Source: an uncultured Candidatus Saccharibacteria bacterium (GTDB lineage Bacteria; Patescibacteriota; CALEFQ01). From it: 64,000 nucleotides of DNA. The position numbers and the translations under genes were made by a program. The stretch is from the NCBI GenBank assembly GCA_965230955.1, contig OZ246404.1:500995-564994 (forward strand), written 5' to 3'. The notes beneath the pieces were generated by a model, which did not search any database, was not told the origin of the DNA, and saw nothing but the letters and a program-made list of their open reading frames with translations. This document shows, in pieces, positions 38,968 through 48,127 of the stretch; the first letter of the stretch is position 1, and the number at the start of each line of letters is the position of its first letter.

Positions 38968-39923
38968 TAATTTTTCTCTTTATTTTTGCCCAAGGATTCG
39001 CGCTTGACCCAGTAGAGGACTTCTTCGATGATCTTTCGATTCCAACCGACAGCGGAAGCAATCAGTCCCATGATGCCGATTTGAAATCCCAGGATCATCA
39101 TGACCGCGGCTAAAATCAGAGACTGAATATGACCGGATCCGTCACCGGTAAAATAAAAATACAGAAAACGAATACCCAAAGCGGCGCCGACAGCAAAAAT
39201 AATTACGCCGATCGAAAGAAAGACTTTGAGCGGTTTGTAAAGCAGTGTCATGCGGAAAATCACGGTCAGCGAACGCCGAATATGACTGGAAATACTTTTG
39301 ATGAGACGCGATTTACGTTTTACCGGCCGAGCCTTAATCGGAATTTCAACTATTCGCAGGCGCAAATCGGCTAATTGGAAAAAAGTTTCGTGGGTATAAG
39401 TGTGGTGTGACAGAATATTGATCCGCATAGCCGCTTCACGCGTGTAAGCGCGAAAACCGGTCGACGCATCCAGTTTCGGGACATCAGCCAATTTACAAAC
39501 TACGTAACTGCCGACCATATTGCCGTATTTATTGGCAAATGGCATTTTTTCCAGCTTCTCGATTTCTCGGCTACCGATAACAACATCCGCCATCTGATCA
39601 AGCAGGGGACGGATCAGATCGCCGATTTTGGATTGATTGTAATGGTTATCGCCATCAGTATTAACAACGATATCGGCGCCCAGTCGCAAGCATTCCTCGA
39701 TACCTTGTTTAAAAGTCTGGGCCAGGCCGCGATTAATTTTGCGATCGATCACAAAATCAGCGCCGGCATTTTTTGAGCGTTCCACCGTGCGATCTTTTGA
39801 GCCATCGCTGATAACCAGAACTTTAACCTCGGTAATTCCGGGAATATTTCGGGGAATTTCACGGATCACGTCGGCGATATTTTGTTCCTCGTTATAAGCG
39901 GGGATTTGGACGAATAGCTTCAT
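38967..39923 (-). CDS. GT2 polyprenyl-phosphate sugar synthase (GtrB/ArnC/DPM1-like) with C-terminal TM helices
   Basis: IPAYNEEQNI...ISDGSKDRT...DGDNHY; C-terminal helices. Conserved 25-nt leader motif 6 nt upstream of ATG. Confidence 0.8.
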   Translation of the reverse strand: MKLFVQIPAYNEEQNIADVIREIPRNIPGITEVKVLVISDGSKDRTVERSKNAGADFVIDRKINRGLAQTFKQGIEECLRLGADIVVNTDGDNHYNQSKIGDLIRPLLDQMADVVIGSREIEKLEKMPFANKYGNMVGSYVVCKLADVPKLDASTGFRAYTREAAMRINILSHHTYTHETFFQLADLRLRIVEIPIKARPVKRKSRLIKSISSHIRRSLTVIFRMTLLYKPLKVFLSIGVIIFAVGAALGIRFLYFYFTGDGSGHIQSLILAAVMMILGFQIGIMGLIASAVGWNRKIIEEVLYWVKRESLGKNKEKN

Positions 39924-39929
39924 ATGATG

Positions 39930-39954
39930 GTCTTTAGTCTATAGTCTTTGGTCT
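39930..39954 (-). promoter_or_regulatory. conserved 25-nt leader motif AGACCAAAGACTA-nnn-ACTAAAGAC, 6 nt upstream of GT2 start (copy A, minus strand)
   Basis: Minus strand reads ggctatAGACCAAAGACTAtagACTAAAGACcatcatATG. An upstream complementary segment (plus 39969-39995, ggctaaagacaaaagaccaaagg) can pair with the motif to form a leader hairpin. Confidence 0.5.
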
Positions 39955-40067
39955 ATAGCCGTAAAATTGAGGGCTAAAGACAAAAGACCAAAGGCTAACG
40001 ACTTTTTTGATCAGCTATAACATACCCGAAAAGACAGAAAGAATCAAGCCGATTTAATAAATAAACG

Positions 40068-40096
40068 CCCCGAGCTGAGATAAATCCAGCTCGGGG
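40068..40096 (-). terminator. Rho-independent terminator for the minus-strand gene 40103-40501
   Basis: ccccgagctg / cagctcgggg perfect 10-bp stem, 9-nt loop, followed on the minus strand by CGTTTATTTATT; 7 nt after the stop. Confidence 0.7.
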
Positions 40097-40102
40097 TATT
40101 GG

Positions 40103-40501
40103 CTAGGAATGGCGTACCAAAACCGTGAACCGTACCAATCCGGACAAATCACCTTCCGGTATAAATTGCCTTAAGGCCTTGGCGACCAAATAAGCTTTCT
40201 GCAGGCAAAAAAGAAGGTGCTGAATTTCAAGATGCATAGCATGTACGATCAAGGTTCCGGAAACCGGCAAATCGCCGACATAAACTACGGGAATATTGCG
40301 ACCCAGGTAGTAGGCAATGACATCAAGACTGTCGGTCAACGCCACATCCTCATCTTCTTCCAGATCGGTGATACCCCAGGGGGCAATGGAAAGTTGATCG
40401 GGCCACAATTTCTGGTTGTTGATTTGGCGAAAAATAGTGTTTCCCTTCCGGCGATCTTTAAAATAAACATAGACACCAACCGGTTTCCGCTGATTATTCA
40501 T
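40103..40501 (-). CDS. hypothetical protein (132 aa)
   Basis: Perfect SD AAGGAGGT 7 nt upstream of ATG 40501; terminator hairpin directly after stop. The longer 40636 start would overlap the flippase gene. Confidence 0.55.
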   Translation of the reverse strand: MNNQRKPVGVYVYFKDRRKGNTIFRQINNQKLWPDQLSIAPWGITDLEEDEDVALTDSLDVIAYYLGRNIPVVYVGDLPVSGTLIVHAMHLEIQHLLFCLQKAYLVAKALRQFIPEGDLSGLVRFTVLVRHS

Positions 40502-40565
40502 TTTTACCTCCTTGAAAATTTCGCATGATTGCGAACGGTGTATGTTACAACACTCAAACCATATG

Positions 40566-42047
40566 TCAATTTCCAGACTGAACACGATCGGGTTTTTTCG
40601 TCCGAACAAACAATAGTTTAAACTTTGACCATTCACTGCGTTTTAGAAATCCCAAGGAATAAAGGACGACCAGGAATAAGGCCAATAACCCACACTTAAT
40701 CAAAACGGAAAGCCAAATATTTCCCACGCCGATAAATAAACTCAAGCTGTAAATCAACGCTGCCAGTCCGAAAATCGCCCACATTTTTTTCCACTCGTAC
40801 TTGATTGGGTAAAATTTCTGCGCCATCAGGTAGGTCAAGACGCAGACAAAAATATAGCAAGCGAAAGTCGTGACGGCCGCACCAAGCATGCCATAAACAG
40901 GCACGATAAAATAATTGAGCACCAAATTAGCAATGGCCGGAACGACAATCAGCCACGGATAGTATTTTGTATTATTGGTGATATGAATTCCCGGCGCCAG
41001 GACAAAATGCATGCCGTAAAAGACATAAGAAATCGCCACCAACATTACCACTTGCGCCGCGCCCCAATAAGCCGGATCGGCGATCAGCTTGACGCCTTCC
41101 GGCGCCAGCACCCCGAGAATCAACGCGACAAAAGTTCCGATCAAGACAAAATAAGTTAAAACTTTGCTATATATTTGCTGGGCGTCATTGCGCTTGGATA
41201 CATCAAAATACATAGTCGGCCAAGCCAACTGGAAAGGAGCCACAATCAAAACATCGACGATCATACCGATTTTGTAGCCCAGGGCGTAAATTCCCACTTC
41301 GGTCGGATCGCGAAAGATTTCGATGAAATATCGATCGGATAAATCCATTACCCAAACCGCAATGGAAGCCGGAATAATCGCCATGCCAAAGCCCCACAGT
41401 TTCCTCAAGTAAAAGCGAGAAAAACTCCAACTGGCGGCCTTGATGACGTCCGGAATCAGCGAAAGAGCGACTAAAGCAAAAGAAATTAAATTGGCCCAGA
41501 GAATCCCGGCGGCGTCGAGCTTGAGCCCCATGATAAAATAAAAGTTCAGGCCCAGTACGATACCGAAACGAAGCAAGAAAAGAACGGTATATTTTTTGGA
41601 ACGTTCTTCCACCCGGAGAAGGGCGAAAGCCATATTCATGAAAATGGTGAAGAACGTGGTGGAAAGCAAAATTTGAAACAGAGAAGCGAATTGGGCATCA
41701 CCCAGCAACCAGCGGCTCAATTGCGGCGCGATCAAGAGCAAGACCGCGAGGATCGCAAAAGCAATCGGGATGACAAAAATAAACATCGTGCCCACCAGTT
41801 TTTTTCGTTCTTCCGTGTTATGTGCATCCCGGAAATATGTTTTCATCAAGGCCGAGCTGAAACCAAAGGTGATCAGCATCAGGATGATCGAGCCAAAAGT
41901 ATTGACGATCTCCAGGCGGCCATAACTGGCCGGCACCAAGTAATTGGTATAAAGGGGGATCAATAAAAAAGCTACGGCGCTTTGCGCGACGGAGCCGATA
42001 GCATAAATAGCGGAATGCTTAAAGAGGCGTTTAAATTGGGAGAACAT
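40566..42047 (-). CDS. Wzx-type oligosaccharide flippase (MOP superfamily), second copy
   Basis: KHSAIYAIGSVAQSAVAFLLIPLYTNYLVPASYG N-terminus; about 14 TM; 493 aa. Confidence 0.8.
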   Translation of the reverse strand: MFSQFKRLFKHSAIYAIGSVAQSAVAFLLIPLYTNYLVPASYGRLEIVNTFGSIILMLITFGFSSALMKTYFRDAHNTEERKKLVGTMFIFVIPIAFAILAVLLLIAPQLSRWLLGDAQFASLFQILLSTTFFTIFMNMAFALLRVEERSKKYTVLFLLRFGIVLGLNFYFIMGLKLDAAGILWANLISFALVALSLIPDVIKAASWSFSRFYLRKLWGFGMAIIPASIAVWVMDLSDRYFIEIFRDPTEVGIYALGYKIGMIVDVLIVAPFQLAWPTMYFDVSKRNDAQQIYSKVLTYFVLIGTFVALILGVLAPEGVKLIADPAYWGAAQVVMLVAISYVFYGMHFVLAPGIHITNNTKYYPWLIVVPAIANLVLNYFIVPVYGMLGAAVTTFACYIFVCVLTYLMAQKFYPIKYEWKKMWAIFGLAALIYSLSLFIGVGNIWLSVLIKCGLLALFLVVLYSLGFLKRSEWSKFKLLFVRTKKPDRVQSGN

Positions 42048-42075
42048 GAATATTTAAAAGCAAAAGCTAAAAATT

Positions 42076-42148
42076 TAAAAGAAATTTAAAGGCAAAAATT
42101 TAAATATTGTTAACAATGCTTTAAATTTTGAGCTTTAAATTTCTTTTA
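42076..42148. repeat. 73-bp nested palindrome in a divergent promoter region (16-bp perfect inverted repeat arms around a 12-bp perfect palindrome)
   Basis: taaaagaaatttaaag (42076-42091) and ctttaaatttctttta (42133-42148) are exact reverse complements. Concentric palindrome attgttaacaat at 42106-42117. Intervening arms are near-complementary. AT-rich. Confidence 0.7.
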
Positions 42149-42198
42149 TGCTTCCAACTTTAAGCTTTTCTCCTTTTCTGAGTATACCTCCAAACCGC

Positions 42199-42227
42199 TT
42201 GAAAATCCAGCCTTTTTCTGTTATTCT
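42199..42227 (+). promoter_or_regulatory. possible promoter TTGAAA-17-TATTCT for the GT4 operon starting at 42240
   Basis: ttgaaa 42199-42204, 17-nt spacer, tattct 42222-42227; would give a very short leader. Confidence 0.3.
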
Positions 42228-42239
42228 ACTAATCGTATT

Positions 42240-43388
42240 ATGCGAAAGACCTTGCTGGTTACCAGCCAATTTCCGCCCGCCTTTGGCGGGGTGGAAACAC
42301 ATCTTTATAATTTCGCCAAGCGGCTCAATCCGGCGAAATTATTGGTATTGGCCTCTGAGCAAGAAAATGCCGGCAATTTTGATAAAAAGCAAAATTACCA
42401 AACCATTCGGGCTGAATTTCTGTATCCCTCCAAATGGATCTGGCCACAGTGGCTGCCCTTGCTGAAAAAGATCAAACAGCTGGTTAAGCAAGAAAAAATC
42501 GAGCATATCCTAGCGGGACAGGTCTTGCCAGTCGGCACCGCCGCCATGATTGCCGCCCAAACCTTTGATATCAGTTATTCCGTTTATACCTATGCCTTGG
42601 ATATCGAACTGCCGAAACAAAATCCTCGTCATCGCCATACCCTGAAAAAGGTTCTGGGCAACGCTTCCAGGATTTTCACGATCAGCGAAGACACGAAGCG
42701 TCGAATCAGGGAATTAGATATTCCCGAGAAAAAAATCATCAAAATCACTCCCGGACTAGACTTGGCGGAATTTTTGCCGCCAGCCAGCCGTTTGGCCGAG
42801 CAAACAGAACAATTGCGCCAACGCTATAATTTAGCGGGCAAAAAAGTGATCCTGACTATCGGGCGCCTGGTCGCTCGTAAAGGACAGGATACGGTCATTC
42901 AAGCTCTGCCGGCTATTCTGAAAGAGGAACCCCTGGCGCATTACGTGATTGCCGGCGGGGGCGAATTCGAATCCCGGCTCAAGAAATTGGTGCGGCAATT
43001 AAACCTGTCCGACCACGTTACTTTTACCGGGAAGTTTAGAGACGAGGAAAAAGCGGCCTGGTATAATTTGTGTGATATTTTCGCCATGATCAGTCGGGTA
43101 GAGCAAAAAACCGATATCGAGGGTTTCGGTATAGTTTATTTGGAAGCCAATGCGCTCGGCAAACCGGTCGTAGCGGGACGTAGCGGCGGGGTAGAAGACG
43201 CGGTGATTGGCAATCAAACCGGACTTTTGGTTCAGGATCCGACCAACATCCATGAAACAGCCCGATCAATCCTAAACGTCTTGCACGATCCCGAACTGGC
43301 TTCCCGCTTGGGACTCAACGGCAAAAAACGCGTTTCCGCCGATTTTGACTGGAACAATTTAGCTAAACGACTGGAATCATATCTTTAA
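42240..43388 (+). CDS. GT4 (group 1) glycosyltransferase
   Basis: LLVTSQFPPAFGGVETH...GRLVARKGQD...EGFGIVYLEANALGKPVVAG. Confidence 0.85.
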   Translation: MRKTLLVTSQFPPAFGGVETHLYNFAKRLNPAKLLVLASEQENAGNFDKKQNYQTIRAEFLYPSKWIWPQWLPLLKKIKQLVKQEKIEHILAGQVLPVGTAAMIAAQTFDISYSVYTYALDIELPKQNPRHRHTLKKVLGNASRIFTISEDTKRRIRELDIPEKKIIKITPGLDLAEFLPPASRLAEQTEQLRQRYNLAGKKVILTIGRLVARKGQDTVIQALPAILKEEPLAHYVIAGGGEFESRLKKLVRQLNLSDHVTFTGKFRDEEKAAWYNLCDIFAMISRVEQKTDIEGFGIVYLEANALGKPVVAGRSGGVEDAVIGNQTGLLVQDPTNIHETARSILNVLHDPELASRLGLNGKKRVSADFDWNNLAKRLESYL

Positions 43389-43418
43389 TTTAAGCTGCAA
43401 AAGTTAAGGAAAGGATTA

Positions 43419-44639
43419 ATGATAATGCGCGATCTGATAATTTTCAACATGAGCCACTGGAAAACATGGCAACAATACGTCGGCCAAACCCGAAGGCCTT
43501 TGATTTTCCAGCAAACCGGATTAGTCAATCGTAATTACCATATTTTGCACCAGCTTCTGAAACGACCCGACATCCGCCGGGTGCTAATTGTCGATCTGAT
43601 TCCATTTACCGCCAAGCGGACTCTTCGGGTCTGGTGGGAAAGCATTTTAGGAGATGTCCCCGGGAAAAATGTCACTCCGCATTATTTTGTTCACGGCGGC
43701 CGCTCCAAAGTTACCGAAATTGCTCCCGGGCGATATGTTTACTCCACTTCACGTAACTTAATTCAAGCCGGCGAAGCGGAGGCTGTCTGGACTGAAATTT
43801 CCAGCATTATCAAGACCGCTCAATTTGAAAATTTATTGCTCTGGTCCTATTTCCCTATGTACGCCAAACCTTTCCAGGAATTAACCGGTCTGAAGGTATT
43901 TGACGCGGTCGACGACTGGCGGGAACATCCTTATTGCCGAGCCTGGAAAACAATGTTGGACAAAAATTACCGCCTGATCGATGAAAAGGCCGGGGCGATT
44001 TTCACGGTTTCACCCCAGGTCAAGAAAATATTTGGTACTAATCCAAACGTCAGCTGGCAACCTAACGGCATCGATTATAATCATTTCCAAAAAATCGGCC
44101 ATAATCTGAAAACTCGACTGGCTAAAATCAAACATCCCGTCATCGGCTATCTGGGCATCATTGAAAGCCGTCTTGATTTCGATCTGCTCGAAAAAATACT
44201 GCAACATTTCCCCTCGGCTTCTTTGGTTCTGGCCGGGCCGGTCTGGGACAAAACGGCGATTCGGCGCTTCAAAAAGTATGCCAATCTGCACCTATTGGGT
44301 CCGATCGCTTACCATGATTTGCCGGAGCTTTACCATTCTTTTGATATTGCCATCATTCCTCATAGAATTACCGCTTTCACCAAATCGATGAACCCGTTGA
44401 AAATGTACGAGTACCTGGCTTGCGGCCTGCCGGTGATAACCACGCCGGTGGCGGGCACCGAGCAGTTTCCCGGCCTGGTCAAACAGGCGCAGAGCCACGG
44501 CGAATTTTTAGACGCGATAAAGTTTTATCTGGATCACCCGTTATCGTTGACCGAACAAAACCGCCGACGCGCCGCGGTCCGGTCCTACACCTGGGAAAAC
44601 AGAGTTGAAGAAATGTTTAAGCACTTGCCCCATGACTAA
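43419..44639 (+). CDS. GT4-like (group 1) glycosyltransferase
   Basis: C-terminal LVLAGPVWD...IIPHRITAFTKSMNPLKMYEYLACGLPVITTPV. AAGGAAAGGA SD upstream. Confidence 0.7.
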   Translation: MIMRDLIIFNMSHWKTWQQYVGQTRRPLIFQQTGLVNRNYHILHQLLKRPDIRRVLIVDLIPFTAKRTLRVWWESILGDVPGKNVTPHYFVHGGRSKVTEIAPGRYVYSTSRNLIQAGEAEAVWTEISSIIKTAQFENLLLWSYFPMYAKPFQELTGLKVFDAVDDWREHPYCRAWKTMLDKNYRLIDEKAGAIFTVSPQVKKIFGTNPNVSWQPNGIDYNHFQKIGHNLKTRLAKIKHPVIGYLGIIESRLDFDLLEKILQHFPSASLVLAGPVWDKTAIRRFKKYANLHLLGPIAYHDLPELYHSFDIAIIPHRITAFTKSMNPLKMYEYLACGLPVITTPVAGTEQFPGLVKQAQSHGEFLDAIKFYLDHPLSLTEQNRRRAAVRSYTWENRVEEMFKHLPHD

Positions 44640-45501
44640 ACTTTCCATAATAATTGTTTCCTGGAATGTCAGAGAACTGCTGAAAAAATGCCTGACTTCC
44701 ATTTATGACCAAACGAAAATTTCTTTCGAGATTTTTGTAATCGATAATGCTTCGAATGACGGCAGCGCCGATATGGTCGAAAAGTATTTTCCTGCCGTGC
44801 ACTTGATTCGAAATCAGCGCAATAAAGGGTTTGCCAAGGCCAATAATCAAGGGGTCAAATTGGCCCGGGGCGAATATGTAATTTTTCTCAACGATGATAC
44901 CGAAATAAAAGACGGCGCGCTGGACAAAATGGTGGATTTCTTGGACCATCGGCGCGATGTCGGAATTGTCGGCGCCCGGCTGCTGAATGCCGACGGGACT
45001 TTACAGCAGGGGACAGCTCGGAAATTTCCGACATTCAGAGTCTTGGCCACGATGCTTTTGGGCTGGCATTCTTTTTTGCTCAAAAAACCCTGGCTGCGCC
45101 GTTATTACCTACTGGGTGAAACATTTACGGCCGACACCGAGGTGGATCAGGTAATGGGCGCTTCGCTGATGACCAGGCGCGATTTACTCGGAAAATTAGG
45201 ATCATTTTGTGAAGAATTTTGGATCTGGTTTGAAGAAGTCGATTTATGCCAGAGATTCCACGAGGCCGGGCACAAGATAGCCGTCGTCGGTTCCGCGGAA
45301 ATCATACATCATCAGGGGAAAAGTTTTGTACAGGTTCTAAAAATGAAAAAGTTTTTTCAGCTTTCCCGCAGTCTGCTTATTTACAGCCGTAAACATCTCT
45401 TGCCTTATCAGTCTGTTTTTTTAATTTTGCTTTGGCCGCTGGGATTTCTCGATGCCGGAATTATTCAGCTCCTGGGACTAAAGCCTAAAAAACTCGTATG
45501 A
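44632..45501 (+). CDS. GT2 family glycosyltransferase
   Basis: LSIIIVSWNVRE...FVIDNASNDGS...FLNDDTE. ATG 44632 overlaps upstream stop. Confidence 0.8.
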   Translation: MTKLSIIIVSWNVRELLKKCLTSIYDQTKISFEIFVIDNASNDGSADMVEKYFPAVHLIRNQRNKGFAKANNQGVKLARGEYVIFLNDDTEIKDGALDKMVDFLDHRRDVGIVGARLLNADGTLQQGTARKFPTFRVLATMLLGWHSFLLKKPWLRRYYLLGETFTADTEVDQVMGASLMTRRDLLGKLGSFCEEFWIWFEEVDLCQRFHEAGHKIAVVGSAEIIHHQGKSFVQVLKMKKFFQLSRSLLIYSRKHLLPYQSVFLILLWPLGFLDAGIIQLLGLKPKKLV

Positions 45502-47072
45502 CTTTATTTTCGAAGCTAACTTGGTGGCTGGCGGCGGCCGGATTGATCATTTACGGTCTGTCGTTTGTCGGTTATATCTTTCCACTGATAAACCTGATCT
45601 TGTTTTTCGCGGTCATAATCGCGGTCTTGAATCTGACACTGAAAAAGCTCGAGTACGGCGTTTTGATTATATTATTTGAATTAATCCTGGGACATAAGGG
45701 CTATCTTTTTTCATTGGATATCGGCGGAAATTTCGTACTGTCGTTGCGACTGGCTATTTTCCTGATTGTCATGGTTGTTTGGCTGATCGGTGTCATTCGC
45801 CGAAAACAAATGGCTCTGGCGAAAACTCCTTATTTTTTACCATTGATTGCCTTTGCCGCCATCATCGTCGGCGGTGTCATTATCGGCTATCTCAATGGCC
45901 ACGACTGGAGCGCCAGTTTCTTTGACTGGAACGGATATCTCTATCTGGCCCTGGCTTTCCCTCTTTTTGAAGTCATTAATAAGGCGGATTTTACCAGAAA
46001 ACTACTGTCGGTTTTTGTCGGTGGCATTATCGCCATGAGCTTGTTGTCGCTACTGCTCTTCGGCGATTTCTTTTTTACCAAGCAATGGGCTCGGCCGGAT
46101 CTGACCTCGTCCATCGCCACCGAGAGCGCTACGGCTGAAGAAGCCGCCGCCGGCCAATACGCTTTTAGCGGAATAACCAATCGTCTTTACGACGAATCGG
46201 GGAAGCCGGTTGAATATCGCTGGCAAAAAGACTTGGGGCTCGGAATGATCTCTTACGTCGGCGGCCGGTTTTTCCGTGTTTCTTCCGCGGGGCAAACCTG
46301 GACACTGGCCGGATTTTTGTTGGCTCTATATCTTTTATTGCGACGCCCATGGCGCGCCCCGGAAACCAAAGCAATGATCGGATTCCTTGTTCTCTGCGGC
46401 TTGGCTTTGGCGGTGAGTTTTTCGCGCAGCTTATGGATCGGAATCGGAGGAGGATTGTTGGTGATGCTCTTTTTGCTCCCTCGGAAGAAAACTCTGATCC
46501 TGGTGGCCGGACTGATCGGCTTGATCCTGCTCGGCACCGCCGGAGTATTCTTGTTTGATCCGGGCACTTTTCAGACAATTGGCGATCGGCTCTCTAGTAT
46601 TATTAATCCATCGCAAGAATTAGCCGGACAAAATCGGCTGAATCTACTGGAGCCGATTATGGTCAAAATAAAAAACAAACCCCTCAGCGGTCACGGTTTC
46701 GGAACGCCGATTGTCTACGAAAGCGTTGTGCCGGAAAAGCAGGGATATATAAAAGTTTTTATGTATGAATGGGGCTACCTTGATCAACTGGTAAAATACG
46801 GGTTGCTTGGTCTTGGTGTTTTCACCTGGTTGCTGGTTTCGATTTTCCGGACGGCGAAAAAAGCGGTAAAAAATCTGGCTCGACCCGAGCAAGCCGATGA
46901 AAAATACATCATTATCGGATTGATAATCGGAGTCGTGGGATTGCTATGCACTCATATCACCAGTCCCTACCTCAATCATCCCTTAGGGATCGGTTTGATT
47001 TTGATTACGGCGGCCCTCGCTTTTCGATATACTAACGGTATCTCGCATGAACCAACCGTCGCCCCAAATTAG
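45498..47072 (+). CDS. O-antigen ligase/polymerase-like membrane protein (Wzy_C/WaaL-like GT-C)
   Basis: About 12 TM with large loop containing FSRSLWIGIGGGLLVMLFLL, typical of the Wzy_C domain. ATGA overlap with upstream gene. Confidence 0.6.
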   Translation: MTLFSKLTWWLAAAGLIIYGLSFVGYIFPLINLILFFAVIIAVLNLTLKKLEYGVLIILFELILGHKGYLFSLDIGGNFVLSLRLAIFLIVMVVWLIGVIRRKQMALAKTPYFLPLIAFAAIIVGGVIIGYLNGHDWSASFFDWNGYLYLALAFPLFEVINKADFTRKLLSVFVGGIIAMSLLSLLLFGDFFFTKQWARPDLTSSIATESATAEEAAAGQYAFSGITNRLYDESGKPVEYRWQKDLGLGMISYVGGRFFRVSSAGQTWTLAGFLLALYLLLRRPWRAPETKAMIGFLVLCGLALAVSFSRSLWIGIGGGLLVMLFLLPRKKTLILVAGLIGLILLGTAGVFLFDPGTFQTIGDRLSSIINPSQELAGQNRLNLLEPIMVKIKNKPLSGHGFGTPIVYESVVPEKQGYIKVFMYEWGYLDQLVKYGLLGLGVFTWLLVSIFRTAKKAVKNLARPEQADEKYIIIGLIIGVVGLLCTHITSPYLNHPLGIGLILITAALAFRYTNGISHEPTVAPN

Positions 47073-48072
47073 TATCGGACTGGTTGTTTGGAACGGCCTA
47101 AAATATCTCCCGGCCTGCCTGGCCAGCGTACTTGCCCAAAAACAAGTGAGTTTTGAAATTATCGCCATCGACAACGCCTCGAATGACGGCAGCCGAGAAT
47201 ACATCACTAAGAATTTCCCGGGAATAAAATTAGTCAAAAACACTTCCAATCGCGGATTTACCGGGGGACACAATCAAGCTATTTCGCTTAGTCGGGGCAA
47301 ATATTATTTGGCTCTAAACCAGGATACTATTCTGGAACCTAATTATTTAGCTAATTTAGCCCAATACCTTTCGAATAACCCTAAAGTCGGAGCGGTTCAA
47401 GGCAAACTGAAAAGGTTGACAAATGGGGATAAATCTAATAAAATCGACAGTCTGGGATTGCTTTTACACCGAAGCGGCCAAGTTACCGATTGGGGTGAAA
47501 TCGAAGAAGATCGCGGCCAATATAGCGCACCGTTTGAGGTATTTGGAGTGTCGGGCACTATGCCGCTGTACCGAAAAGAGGCACTGGAAGACACCGCTCA
47601 AATTGATGCCAATGGCCAAAAAGAATATTTTGACTCGGATTTCTTCGCTTACAAAGAGGATATAGATCTGGCTTTTCGCTTGCGTTGGCACGGTTGGATT
47701 GCCGCTTGTGTTCCGTCCGCGGTGGCCTACCATAATCGTTCAGTCAGGGGAGAGGGGACAGTCGAGCAGGGAAACTTAGCCATTGCCAAACAGCGCCAGG
47801 AAAAATCGAAATTCAGCCGCCAGCGGTCATTTTCCAATCATCATTTCGTTTACCTAAAAAATCTGCCTTGTTCAATATATTTTCGGATCTGGCCATTCTT
47901 TTCCTGGTATGAAATCAAAATGTGGGGATATGCTTTGATCAGAGAGCCGTTCGTAATCCCCGATATGCTCAAAGTTTTTCGACTCGGCCCGCGGATGCTA
48001 AAAAAACGCCGCCGCATCATGTCACGGCGCTCAATCAAGCCCCGGGCGCTATATCGATGGTTTATTAAATAG
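47047..48072 (+). CDS. GT2 family glycosyltransferase
   Basis: ISIGLVVWNGLKYL...IAIDNASNDGS...LNQDT. 26-nt overlap with upstream gene. Confidence 0.8.
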   Translation: MNQPSPQISIGLVVWNGLKYLPACLASVLAQKQVSFEIIAIDNASNDGSREYITKNFPGIKLVKNTSNRGFTGGHNQAISLSRGKYYLALNQDTILEPNYLANLAQYLSNNPKVGAVQGKLKRLTNGDKSNKIDSLGLLLHRSGQVTDWGEIEEDRGQYSAPFEVFGVSGTMPLYRKEALEDTAQIDANGQKEYFDSDFFAYKEDIDLAFRLRWHGWIAACVPSAVAYHNRSVRGEGTVEQGNLAIAKQRQEKSKFSRQRSFSNHHFVYLKNLPCSIYFRIWPFFSWYEIKMWGYALIREPFVIPDMLKVFRLGPRMLKKRRRIMSRRSIKPRALYRWFIK

Positions 48073-48127
48073 TTTCGCATTTTCGTCCTAGGTCTCACGG
48101 TATTAAATTTGCGATCTAGCCGGCCTC

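Noticed and set aside
39931-40008. Plus-strand Rho-independent terminator reading of the hairpin plus CTTTTTTGA at 39931-40008
   Set aside because: There is no plus-strand gene upstream to terminate. The same sequence on the minus strand is the structured leader containing the conserved 25-nt motif immediately before the GT2 start, which explains it better.
42148-42465. 105-aa ORF at 42148-42465 (+)
   Set aside because: Its start codon lies inside the 73-bp palindrome, it overlaps the predicted promoter and the 5' end of the GT4 gene in another frame, and it has no recognisable motifs.
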